Positions 9,685 through 19,078 of a DNA stretch of 64,000 nt are shown in pieces. The stretch comes from an uncultured Bacteroides sp. (GTDB lineage Bacteria; Bacillota; Clostridia; Oscillospirales; Ruminococcaceae): contig CAYJPD010000001.1 of assembly GCA_964371975.1 (NCBI GenBank), positions 6,685-70,684 of the forward strand, in the 5' to 3' direction. The notes beneath the pieces are model-generated. The model was not told the origin of the DNA, made no database searches, and saw only the letters and a list, made by a program, of their open reading frames with translations. Both the position numbers and the translations under genes were made by a program. The number at the start of each line of letters is the position of its first letter. Position 1 is the stretch's first letter.

Positions 9685-10380
9685 TTATTTTTGTTTCAGC
9701 ATTAATTGATACTTTAGTTCTGCTATTTCCCAATCTGATTCATTATCTATATCTTGAACTGTTAACTCATCAACAATTAGTGGTGTTGTTTTACTTAAAA
9801 CCAAACGTTTTTCATCAACAAAATCTTTAACTTTCAAAAAATAAAATTGTCCTGCATCATGATATTGTTTTTGCAAATCTTGACTTCGTGTAAATTCATA
9901 TTCTTTATTTATGAACTGCAAATATCCTTTTTTATCAATAATTACACCTCTTTGCGGAGGATAGGAAAACGATGTAATAGGAAATACACTATTTGCATTT
10001 GTTCTTTCAAGAATTTTCTTTGCTTTGTGCAAAATTTTTTCTGTTACAAAAGGAGCGGTAGGATAAATACAGCAAATCATATCATAATCTTTACCAATTG
10101 CTTTCATTTTTTCAACAACTTCTAATATAACATCAGAAGTTGTTGCATAATCGTCTGAATTTTTTTCACTTCGCATAAATGGAATACTCGCTCCGTACTG
10201 CTTAGAAATGTCTGCAACCTGTGTGGAGTCTGTGGAAACTATAATATCATCAAAAATTTTACTATCTATAGCTGCTGTGATTGAATATGATATTATCGGT
10301 TCATTTAAAAAAAGTTTAATATTTTTATCTTTTATTCTTTTACTACCGCCTCTAGCAGGGATAATCGCCAAAAACTTCAC
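9685..10380 (-). CDS. pseF: CMP-nonulosonic acid synthetase (pseudaminic acid cytidylyltransferase-like)
   Basis: AIIPARGGSKRIKDKN, CIYPTAPF, RSQDL..YHDAGQFY, QDIDNESDW; probable GTG start at 10380. Confidence 0.88.
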   Translation of the reverse strand: MKFLAIIPARGGSKRIKDKNIKLFLNEPIISYSITAAIDSKIFDDIIVSTDSTQVADISKQYGASIPFMRSEKNSDDYATTSDVILEVVEKMKAIGKDYDMICCIYPTAPFVTEKILHKAKKILERTNANSVFPITSFSYPPQRGVIIDKKGYLQFINKEYEFTRSQDLQKQYHDAGQFYFLKVKDFVDEKRLVLSKTTPLIVDELTVQDIDNESDWEIAELKYQLMLKQK

Positions 10381-10393
10381 AAACAACACCTTC

Positions 10394-10933
10394 TCATTTT
10401 TTGTAATAGTCCTTTGCCAAAATTGACATTATTCTTGAATCATGAAACTTTCCTTTGTGAAAGTAATTTTCTCTTAACAAACCATCTTGTATCATGCCCA
10501 GCTCTGTATAAAGTGCATACTTTGAAGTGTCAAATTCATATATTTCTGTCCATAACTTATTAAGGCACAACTCTCCAAAACCATATGCGAATAACATTTC
10601 AGTTGCTTCTTTTGCATAACCTTTTTCATCTATATATGCATCATTTTCGCCTATATATAAACTAAGGTCTGCATTTCTGTTTACCCAATTAATATAACAA
10701 AGCCCTGCACATCCAATAGGTGTTTTATTTTCATCGTTTTTCAATATCATAAACATCACCGTATCGTTTCTTTTTAAGATGTATTCGTTAAACCAAAGTT
10801 CTTGATTATCCATGTTTAACTCACGATATTCTCTGAAAAACTTTCTAAAATCTTCATTATTTCTCCACTCTTTGAGAGTAGCTAAATCCTCTCGCTCAAC
10901 CGCTCTGAAAGAAATTCTGCTTCCTTTAATCAT
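10394..10933 (-). CDS. GNAT N-acetyltransferase (PseH/RimJ-like)
   Basis: WRNN, GLCYINWVNRNADLSLYIG; located between the synthase and the cytidylyltransferase. Confidence 0.8.
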   Translation of the reverse strand: MIKGSRISFRAVEREDLATLKEWRNNEDFRKFFREYRELNMDNQELWFNEYILKRNDTVMFMILKNDENKTPIGCAGLCYINWVNRNADLSLYIGENDAYIDEKGYAKEATEMLFAYGFGELCLNKLWTEIYEFDTSKYALYTELGMIQDGLLRENYFHKGKFHDSRIMSILAKDYYKK

Positions 10934-12008
10934 TATAAACATCCCCTCTTTTAAGCATTGCCCCACTCTTCAAGTTTTTATTCACTTTTTTTCCTATTAG
11001 CAAAGCAATTTCATAAGGTTCAAACCCATCACTACTCCTTGGCCTTAACGGTTCCAAATCATCTTTTAATATTGTAGTTCCCTTTGTTAGTTCTTTTGTT
11101 AAATATAGACCGCGTCGTTGCACTATGCTTGTTTGTATTTCGTTACCCTCTACTATCTTTTCTCCGTTGCCTAATGATAACCATAGATCATTAGCCATAT
11201 TAACCATCTCACGCCACTCCGGCGGCGAAACACTAAATTTATGATCAGGCCCTATTCTTGTTGTATCGTCGGTAAAATGTTTCTCTATAACACGGGCACC
11301 TAAAGCAATTGCACCTAAAACAGTTGTAGGCCCTAATGTATGATCAGACAAACCTAATATTAAGTCTGGAAACACTCTTTTATATGTATTTATAACATTC
11401 AGATTTATGTATTTAAAATTCTCTTTATTCGCAGTATAATTTGTATTACATTGCATTAAAACAATTTTATTGTTTATTTGTAATACTTTTTCAACAGCTA
11501 TTTCAACCTCTTTTAAAGATACCGCTCCTGTAGCTATAAAAACAGGTTTATTCTTTTTCGCTATATATTCAAGCATTTCATGCCACGTTATATCCCCCGA
11601 TCCTATTTTAAAAGCGTTTACAAACTTATCTGCTAAATCAACAGCCTCAAAATCATAGGGGCTTGTCATGTATTCTATTCCAATTTCATCGCATTTTTTC
11701 TTCAGTAATGGCGTCCACTCATCATTTACACTTGCGTCTTCATAAACTTCATATACCGATTTACCCCAATTTTTTTGATGCGCCACTTGTGAGCCCATTT
11801 CTCTAAAGCCAATATCACTAACAATTTTATTTGCTTTAAAATTTTGAAATTTAGCAACATCTGCACCTGCTTCTTTTGCTAATTCAATAAGCTTATAGGC
11901 TCTATTAATGTCTCCGTCATGATTAGCCGCTATATCCGCTATAAAATACGGTTTAGAATTACAGCTTATACTGGTTTTTCCAATTTTAATCTCTTTATTC
12001 ATATTCAT
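10926..12008 (-). CDS. Nonulosonic acid synthase (NeuB/PseI/SpsE family)
   Basis: IADIAANHDG, AKFQ, KIGSGD, GLSDHT, IEKHFT, C-terminal SAF domain. Confidence 0.93.
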   Translation of the reverse strand: MNMNKEIKIGKTSISCNSKPYFIADIAANHDGDINRAYKLIELAKEAGADVAKFQNFKANKIVSDIGFREMGSQVAHQKNWGKSVYEVYEDASVNDEWTPLLKKKCDEIGIEYMTSPYDFEAVDLADKFVNAFKIGSGDITWHEMLEYIAKKNKPVFIATGAVSLKEVEIAVEKVLQINNKIVLMQCNTNYTANKENFKYINLNVINTYKRVFPDLILGLSDHTLGPTTVLGAIALGARVIEKHFTDDTTRIGPDHKFSVSPPEWREMVNMANDLWLSLGNGEKIVEGNEIQTSIVQRRGLYLTKELTKGTTILKDDLEPLRPRSSDGFEPYEIALLIGKKVNKNLKSGAMLKRGDVYND

Positions 12009-12913
12009 TCACCCTTTTTTAACCGTTCAGAATACTTACTGTCAACAAGCTTTTTATAATCATAGAGATCTTCGTCAATAGTATTTAAAACTATACCTAA
12101 ATCTTTTTCAATTTTACTGCAGTCAAGCCCCATATTTTTAGTTCTATGTGCTAAAAATGAATAATCATCAACACTTATTGAATTTATAACTCCAGGAATT
12201 TCAAGTAATTCTTGAATTTGAACGCCAAGTGAATATTTATCTATTCGATTTCTGCTTCCTACATTATATATCCCTTTTAAATTCATATTTATTGCGCGGT
12301 CAATAATATCAACTAAGTTATTAACCAATATAGGAGAAAACCAAACATCATTAAACATATTTATAGTTTCATCTGATTGCAAAGCTTGAACAATCCATTC
12401 ACTAAAAGAATTTTTATTTCTATAATTAAAACCATACATATTCGTCCTGATTATTAAAGCTTCTTCATCTTCCATAACTTTTTCTTCTGCCATCAGTTTT
12501 GTTTTTGCATAAACGTTCACAGGAAAAACATCATCACTTTCTTTGCTTAAAATAGTGTTCTCACCCTTATAAACCGCATCAGTAGAAATAAACACAAACT
12601 TTACATTATGTTTTTTACAAATGCGTCTTAAATTATCTACCATTTGATAATTTACAATTTCTGCATAATCTGGCTTTTCCTCGCACAAGTCAACATTAAC
12701 TAATGCAGCACAATGAATAAAAACATCTATTTTATTGTTAATAATCATATCTTCTACTTTTAAAGTATCTAAAGCGGAGCCTTCTTCACAAAAAACCCTT
12801 TTAATATCTACGATGTTTTTATCTATTCCAAATATATTATACTTTTCTCTAAGTAAGTATGCTAAATTAGAGCCAAGCATACCTGCCACACCAGTTATAA
12901 ATACATTTTTCAT
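12005..12913 (-). CDS. RmlD-like NDP-sugar reductase (SDR)
   Basis: ITGVAGMLG, HCAALVNVD, ISTDAVY, YAKTK. Confidence 0.85.
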   Translation of the reverse strand: MKNVFITGVAGMLGSNLAYLLREKYNIFGIDKNIVDIKRVFCEEGSALDTLKVEDMIINNKIDVFIHCAALVNVDLCEEKPDYAEIVNYQMVDNLRRICKKHNVKFVFISTDAVYKGENTILSKESDDVFPVNVYAKTKLMAEEKVMEDEEALIIRTNMYGFNYRNKNSFSEWIVQALQSDETINMFNDVWFSPILVNNLVDIIDRAINMNLKGIYNVGSRNRIDKYSLGVQIQELLEIPGVINSISVDDYSFLAHRTKNMGLDCSKIEKDLGIVLNTIDEDLYDYKKLVDSKYSERLKKGE

Positions 12914-13009
12914 ACCATTATCCTCTTTCTATCATGCAATTTACATATTCTATACAATTATATTCTTAAAAACAGTAAATATCATACACACTTGCTGTGC
13001 TAATATTAA

Positions 13010-14425
13010 CTATTCAAATAATACTTTAATTGATTTCGTTTTAAACATCATCAATAATTTGTGTCTATAATAAAAAGCAAACAATAGAACACCACATAAG
13101 CAAATTATATATCTAATAATAAAAACAGTATATACAAGGCTCAAAAAAACACAGACTATAGCAAATACACTTATACACTTGACAAAAAATTTACCATCAT
13201 ACCAATGTATTGCACCTAACTTTTTCACATACAAATAGTGAAACAAAAACAAGAGCATATAACCGGCAAGAGTAGTATAAGCTGCTGCTATATAACCAAA
13301 TAACGGAATAAATGCTAGATTAAATATAACATTTATCACTGCCGCAAACATTGTCGAAAATGCTATTGTTTTTTGTTTTTTATGGTAAAATTCAATATTT
13401 ACATAAAGTGAATACACAAAGAGAAAAACATATCCCAACATTACCGGTGGAATTACATAAATAGCCTCCATATATTTTTCACCGCCAAAAACAAACATAA
13501 TTTCCGGTGCTACAGATAAAAATAAGAAAGTAATAAAAAGAAAAAATATAAAATATGGTTTTGATTTTGTTTTCAGCTCTTTATATTCCTCATTTTGCAT
13601 TTTTTCATATGCCCAAGGGGACCATGCTTGATTCATGCTTGTCCAAAGCAAGGCAATTACTGTAGCGGCAGAATATGCCACACTGTACAGCGCCGTATAT
13701 TCGGGACCACTTATGTTGGTAATCATAATTCTGTCAGAGGAATTTAAAATTATTCCGGCAAAATTATGCCAGATCAACGGGATGGAAATTGTCAGAGCAT
13801 ATTTCCAATATTTTGTTTTAATTTTTGTGCTTTTTGTGAACAAAAAAATATATAATAGAGCATGAATTATTATAGTAGGAATATAGAACCCATAAATTCT
13901 ACCAATAAATTTATCATCAAAACTAAGCACACATACTACAGCACTTGCCGAGGCAATTAAACTACTAAATATAGATAAAGCAACTACTGGTTTATATTTG
14001 TATGTTATCCTGCACTTTATCATAAACATCTGAAGTGCAGGCTGAAAAATTAAATAAACACAAATTATGTTTAAAACATCACCACTCATTGTTGTGATTG
14101 CTTCAAAGAATGGCTTGTTAAAAAACAATATTATACTAACTGCAAGCGAAATTAAAGAGCCTAAAAAAAGATTTGAAGAAATATAATCGTCGATATTTTC
14201 TTTAAAGTCAAGATATGCTAATGTAATAGATGACGCAAGATTTAATGTTGCAAAAGGCACTAACAGAGACATCCATGACGTGACATTAGCAACAAGTCCA
14301 ATTTCTCCGGGAAGCATTAATCTTGTAAAAATTGGCATTGTAATAACACCTATGGATTTAACTAAAAAGTTGGATAATGTATACCAAATTCCAATTTTCA
14401 CCTGAGACGTTTTTGCCAATATCAT
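13010..14425 (-). CDS. Wzx-type polysaccharide flippase
   Basis: Multi-TM protein with PIFTRL, SSDRIMI, YSVAYS and AAAYTTL MATE-like motifs. Confidence 0.88.
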   Translation of the reverse strand: MILAKTSQVKIGIWYTLSNFLVKSIGVITMPIFTRLMLPGEIGLVANVTSWMSLLVPFATLNLASSITLAYLDFKENIDDYISSNLFLGSLISLAVSIILFFNKPFFEAITTMSGDVLNIICVYLIFQPALQMFMIKCRITYKYKPVVALSIFSSLIASASAVVCVLSFDDKFIGRIYGFYIPTIIIHALLYIFLFTKSTKIKTKYWKYALTISIPLIWHNFAGIILNSSDRIMITNISGPEYTALYSVAYSAATVIALLWTSMNQAWSPWAYEKMQNEEYKELKTKSKPYFIFFLFITFLFLSVAPEIMFVFGGEKYMEAIYVIPPVMLGYVFLFVYSLYVNIEFYHKKQKTIAFSTMFAAVINVIFNLAFIPLFGYIAAAYTTLAGYMLLFLFHYLYVKKLGAIHWYDGKFFVKCISVFAIVCVFLSLVYTVFIIRYIICLCGVLLFAFYYRHKLLMMFKTKSIKVLFE

Positions 14426-14451
14426 CCCTCTTTCATAATAGCATTTATGTT
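14409..14451. repeat. 43-bp perfect direct repeat, copy 1
   Basis: GTTTTTGCCAATATCATCCCTCTTTCATAATAGCATTTATGTT, identical to 21175-21217. Confidence 0.97.
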
Positions 14452-14473
14452 ATAAAATTACAAACCAAGCGTG

Positions 14474-14827
14474 TCAAACAGCAAATATAATTAACCCTAT
14501 AAAAATTAACAAAATACCAATAAATTTACGCTTTGAAAATTTTTCTTTTAAGAACACAAAGCTCAGTATACCTACAAAAATATAACCCAGTGACTCGATA
14601 ACTACTGCGGAAGACAAATCTATATAGACAAGGCAAATAACTGATAGTACCGTAGTCGAGAAAAATAAAATATATGCACTTATAACAAGTGGGTTTATAT
14701 ATTCATTAACTTTGTTTTTATATTCTTTTTTTGCAGCAAACTTTAATAATAATTGCGAAATTGCAGTAATCATAATTGCCAAAATGTAAAGCCCGGTAAA
14801 AAAAACAATATTATTCATGTTTTTCAC
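14474..14827 (-). CDS. EamA/SMR small membrane protein (ArnE/F-like flippase subunit)
   Basis: ~117 aa, 4 TM, SQLLLK and FLKEKFS motifs. Confidence 0.8.
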   Translation of the reverse strand: MKNMNNIVFFTGLYILAIMITAISQLLLKFAAKKEYKNKVNEYINPLVISAYILFFSTTVLSVICLVYIDLSSAVVIESLGYIFVGILSFVFLKEKFSKRKFIGILLIFIGLIIFAV

Positions 14828-15161
14828 CCGCTACAAGTACAACACCCATCAATATTATAACTGTGCCTACTAACATAGAAAATGTTATTTGCTCAGAAAA
14901 AATTATTAATCCCCAAAACATTCCAATAGGTATAATTACAACCCTGTTTGCGTACGCAAATGACAACGAAAATCTTTTCAACACTTGTTGCCATAAAACC
15001 GCATAAATAAACAGCATCATAATTGAACATGCATAGTTGAAAAAGAAGTTAAATGTGGGAAATTCATGCTCTGATGCCAACTTTAAAAAAAGTGAACTTA
15101 AAGAGTAAATGAAGAAATTGCAATACAAAAGAACATATCTCAACGGTTTTTTTTGAAACAA
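14811..15161 (-). CDS. EamA/SMR small membrane protein (ArnE/F-like flippase subunit)
   Basis: YAVLWQQVLK..LSFAYAN, FSEQIT; 4 TM. Confidence 0.8.
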   Translation of the reverse strand: MFQKKPLRYVLLYCNFFIYSLSSLFLKLASEHEFPTFNFFFNYACSIMMLFIYAVLWQQVLKRFSLSFAYANRVVIIPIGMFWGLIIFSEQITFSMLVGTVIILMGVVLVAGEKHE

Positions 15162-16136
15162 TTACGGTATCTCTCTTTCATCATCAATATTTATCGTTTC
15201 TTTAATTACATACTGTGGTGAATTATTTATGCTGATATAAATTCGCCCTATATACTCGCCAATTAATCCAAGCATAAGCATTATCACTCCACCTATAAAA
15301 AGTAGTGCTGCCATTGTAGAGCTGTAACCCATAGGCACTTCGGGGTTTGTAAATCTATTAATTATTGTGTAACCTCCAAAAACTGCACCGAAAACCGCAA
15401 CTATAAATCCTACAAGAGTTGCAAATCTTAACGGTTTTATCGAAAAAGCTGTAAAACCATTAAGCCAAAGCGACAAAAGCTTTTTCAGCGAGTAACCCGA
15501 TTCCCCTATTGTTCTTGGGCGTAAAACAACTTGAACGCTTGCAATGTTCTTGGTAGATCGAAAAATAAGCCCCCCTAAATATGGGTACGGGTTTTTATAT
15601 TTAAGCATTTCCTTTGCAATGAACTGTCTCATCGCAAAAAAACTTGTTATTTGAATGTTTTTAGGCTTGTTTAACATATAACATGCCATAATGTCGTTTA
15701 TTTTACTTCCAATATTTCTAAATATTCCTCTTTCACTGCTTGGATAATTTGCATACACTACATCGCTGCCATCTTCAATTTTTTCAACCAACTTGAATGT
15801 ATCTTCAACGGGTATTTGTCCGTCATCATCAACAGAAATTATTATATCTCCTTGCGCATAATTATAGCCCGCCATTAAAGCCGAATGTTGCCCGAAATTT
15901 TTAGCAAGATTTATTATTTTTATATAGCTGTCTTTTGACAAATCTTGTATTACGTCAAATACATTATCCGGTGAATAATCATTGATAAGAAGTATTTCAT
16001 ATGTATAATCGATAGTTTCAATCATTAAAGCTTTTATTTCTTCAACTACACCGGCAATACTGTTTTGTGAGCCGTAACATGGAACTACAAATGATAGCAT
16101 CTTTCCTTTGTTGTAAGTATTACTTGTTTTTTTCAT
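15162..16136 (-). CDS. GT2 polyprenyl-phosphate glycosyltransferase (ArnC/GtrB-like)
   Basis: VVPCY, NDYSPD, KNFGQHSALMAG, DDDGQ, two C-terminal TMs, GEYIGRIY. Confidence 0.92.
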   Translation of the reverse strand: MKKTSNTYNKGKMLSFVVPCYGSQNSIAGVVEEIKALMIETIDYTYEILLINDYSPDNVFDVIQDLSKDSYIKIINLAKNFGQHSALMAGYNYAQGDIIISVDDDGQIPVEDTFKLVEKIEDGSDVVYANYPSSERGIFRNIGSKINDIMACYMLNKPKNIQITSFFAMRQFIAKEMLKYKNPYPYLGGLIFRSTKNIASVQVVLRPRTIGESGYSLKKLLSLWLNGFTAFSIKPLRFATLVGFIVAVFGAVFGGYTIINRFTNPEVPMGYSSTMAALLFIGGVIMLMLGLIGEYIGRIYISINNSPQYVIKETINIDDEREIP

Positions 16137-17050
16137 TTTAATCGCAACCTTATTTTATTGAATTTATATTCACTGTTATCACTGATTCTCGCTGAGATAA
16201 TTTTTAGCATACCGCTACCACAAACCACTTTGGGTTTGTTATCGTAAATTGACCATATTTTACCTGGCTGCCTAATTTCAAAATTTAAATCATCAATAAT
16301 TTCCGCTTTATCAATTATCACTTTTTCATCATCTATTATTGTAAAAGCACCCTGATAAGGCTCACCTAATGCCCTAATACTGTTGAAAATCTTTAACGAC
16401 GACCAATTCCAGTCTATATGATAATCTTCCTCGCTTCGCCATATGCTGTAAGTAGCTTTACTGCTATCTTGAGCATATGACGATAGCTGTCCATTCTCGA
16501 CTTTATTTAGTAACTCAAACACCATTTTCGCATACACTTCAGACTGACGGCCAATAATGCTTTTCATATATTCGTTACTATTAATTTGCATCTCTCTTTG
16601 TAATAGTATGTCTCCATTATCCGCTTCATCACCGGCAAAAAGAGCCGTAACGCCAATAATGTTTTCTCCATTTATCATGGCGGTTGGTGTTGGCGCAAAA
16701 CCTCTGTATTTGGGTAGTAAAGAATCATGAAAAACAATTAAATTAACTTTCATTAACTTATTCATTGATAAAGGCAACATATATTTCCATGATATAGCTA
16801 TTGCGCCTGTAGCATTGCTTTTGCAAATTAAAGCTTCAATATCATTTTTCACATCTGTCCAATTAAATGAAATGATATTGTGGTTTTGGCATAGCTCAAC
16901 AATATTACTGTGCCATTCTTTCGCCACAGTTGATTCTTTAAACGTTACTACACAAGCTATTCTATCAACCAAATTATGTTGCACTAAATATTTTAGTGCA
17001 GCGTATCCTTTTTCTGTCGCAACAAAAAAAACAAATTTATGCTTGATTAT
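16133..17050 (-). CDS. Sugar N-formyltransferase (Fmt-like); probable non-canonical ATA/ATC start
   Basis: FHDSLLPKYRGFAP, ADNGDI, IDW, RAL..PYQGA; in-frame extension KFVFFVATEKGY behind RBS AAAGGAG. Confidence 0.85.
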   Translation of the reverse strand: MIKHKFVFFVATEKGYAALKYLVQHNLVDRIACVVTFKESTVAKEWHSNIVELCQNHNIISFNWTDVKNDIEALICKSNATGAIAISWKYMLPLSMNKLMKVNLIVFHDSLLPKYRGFAPTPTAMINGENIIGVTALFAGDEADNGDILLQREMQINSNEYMKSIIGRQSEVYAKMVFELLNKVENGQLSSYAQDSSKATYSIWRSEEDYHIDWNWSSLKIFNSIRALGEPYQGAFTIIDDEKVIIDKAEIIDDLNFEIRQPGKIWSIYDNKPKVVCGSGMLKIISARISDNSEYKFNKIRLRLK

Positions 17051-17104
17051 AACCAGCTCCTTTTGATTTTATCGACCTGTTCAAATGCTGTGCTCGTGCC
17101 AAAT

Positions 17105-17881
17105 TCATAAGTCCTGTTGTTGTTTTTTTGCCACCACAATTAAAGACCCACCTTTGTTAAAATTGACACCTAACTTTAGCAACAACAGCTCTACTTTCAT
17201 AATTAGTGAAAAAATTGAATTTAAAAACCAGTTCAGTTCCAGTTCTAATTCCGTTTCGGAATTTTTCTTCTTTTCGTTCTGACTTTTTTTATTGGTGCGT
17301 GAAAAAAGCATTGCAGGATACAGCAAAGACACAAAGCTGTTTACATATACAATATCCAGCCCACATAATTTCACTTTTTTCACAAGTTCATCTCTTTCAT
17401 ATCTACGGCAGTGGTGGGCAAACTCATCTGTGCTGCTCCAAAGTTTTTGATGTTGCGGAACACTAATAACAAGCACACCATCTTTGTTTAAGGCACAAGT
17501 TAAATGCTTTAAGGCAACTTCGTCTTCTTCAATGTGTTCTAAAACATCAAACGCTCCTATAACGTCATATTTATCAGGCAAACCCTCATGCTCCAAATTA
17601 ACCGTAAAAAAATCTGCACAACCCGCCAATCTTTCTTTTGCAAATTTTAGTCCTTCTTCATACAAGTCGCTTCCATAATATTTCTTATCATCTTCTTTAA
17701 ACTCAGTAATAACACCACTTAAAACAAAGCCTGTGCCACACCCAACTTCCATCAATGTTTTAAATTGCGATTTATATTTTTTTAAAAGCCATATAATTAT
17801 TTTATTTCTTGATTTAAACCAAAAAGAACCTTCTTCGGCTTTGTATAAAAACTTAAAAATATCTTTAGGCATTCCCGACAT
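17105..17881 (-). CDS. Class I SAM-dependent methyltransferase
   Basis: FWFKSR, EVGCGTG, FDVLEH, HHCRRY. Confidence 0.9.
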   Translation of the reverse strand: MSGMPKDIFKFLYKAEEGSFWFKSRNKIIIWLLKKYKSQFKTLMEVGCGTGFVLSGVITEFKEDDKKYYGSDLYEEGLKFAKERLAGCADFFTVNLEHEGLPDKYDVIGAFDVLEHIEEDEVALKHLTCALNKDGVLVISVPQHQKLWSSTDEFAHHCRRYERDELVKKVKLCGLDIVYVNSFVSLLYPAMLFSRTNKKSQNEKKKNSETELELELNWFLNSIFSLIMKVELLLLKLGVNFNKGGSLIVVAKKQQQDL

Positions 17882-17899
17882 AATGATATCTCCACTCAA

Positions 17900-19030
17900 T
17901 TAAATATAAAAACTTAAAACAGCATCAACAACTTTTTGCAAATCCAATTTATCTATCTTGTAATACAAAGGCAACCTTAATAATTTATCGCTTTGATCTG
18001 TTGTATATTTATCGTCACCAAAGAAAACAGAACAACTCTTTCCAAACGGTGATGTGTGCAGCGGAACATAATGGAAAACACTTAAAATATTATTATCTTT
18101 TAGATGCTTTATCATGGAAGTTCTATCTTCAAGTGATCTCATCTTCAAGTAAAACATGTGCGCGTTGTGTTTACAGTGAGGCGGAATATTCGGTATCGCA
18201 AACATTCCCGTTTTGCCGGCATAATCGCCTAAACATTGAAAGTAATATTTCCAAGATTCAATCCTATCATCGTTTATTACATCTGCTTTTGAAAGTTGCG
18301 CACATAAATATGCCGCATTGATTTCACTGGGTAAATATGAGGACCCTTTGTCAATCCATGTATATTTGTCAACTTCACCACGCCAAAATTTGCTTCTGTT
18401 AGTACCTTTTTCACGTATAATTTCCGCACGCTCGATATAATTTTCATCATTAATAAGTAAAGCTCCGCCTTCGCCCATTGAATAGTTTTTAGTTTCGTGA
18501 AAAGAAAAACATCCAAAATGGCCTATTGATCCAAGCGCACGACCTTTGTATGTTGCCCTAATTCCCTGTGCGGCATCTTCCACAACAAAAAGATTATGCC
18601 GTTTTGCTATATCCATTATAGTGTCCATTTCACAAGCAACTCCCGCATAATGAACGGGAACAATCGCTTTTGTCTTATTGGTAACTGCATCTTCAATTAA
18701 TTTTTCATCAATGTTCATCGTGTCCGGTCTTATGTCTACAAAAACTATTTTTGCGCCACGTAAAACAAATGCGTTTGCAGTTGACACAAAAGTATATGAA
18801 GGCATAATAACTTCATCACCTTTTTTTATGTCGCATAAAATTGCGGACATTTCAAGCGCATGTGTACAACTTGTTGTGAGTAAAGCTTTTTTACAGCCTG
18901 TCTCTCTTTCAATCCATTCATTGCACAGCTTTGTAAATTCACCGTCACCACATATTTTATTGTTTTTTATTGCCTTTTTAACAAATTCAAACTCATCGCC
19001 AATAAAAGGTGGCACATTAAAATTAATCAT
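17900..19030 (-). CDS. rffA: dTDP-4-amino-4,6-dideoxygalactose transaminase
   Basis: INFNVPP, ICGDGEFT, TSCTHALEM, FSFHETKNYSMGEGG, REKGTNRS, VFHYVPLH (WecE/RffA signature). Confidence 0.92.
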   Translation of the reverse strand: MINFNVPPFIGDEFEFVKKAIKNNKICGDGEFTKLCNEWIERETGCKKALLTTSCTHALEMSAILCDIKKGDEVIMPSYTFVSTANAFVLRGAKIVFVDIRPDTMNIDEKLIEDAVTNKTKAIVPVHYAGVACEMDTIMDIAKRHNLFVVEDAAQGIRATYKGRALGSIGHFGCFSFHETKNYSMGEGGALLINDENYIERAEIIREKGTNRSKFWRGEVDKYTWIDKGSSYLPSEINAAYLCAQLSKADVINDDRIESWKYYFQCLGDYAGKTGMFAIPNIPPHCKHNAHMFYLKMRSLEDRTSMIKHLKDNNILSVFHYVPLHTSPFGKSCSVFFGDDKYTTDQSDKLLRLPLYYKIDKLDLQKVVDAVLSFYI

Positions 19031-19078
19031 TTGGGTATCCTTAAAAATATATAATAATTTATTAATAGCATGCTAAAC

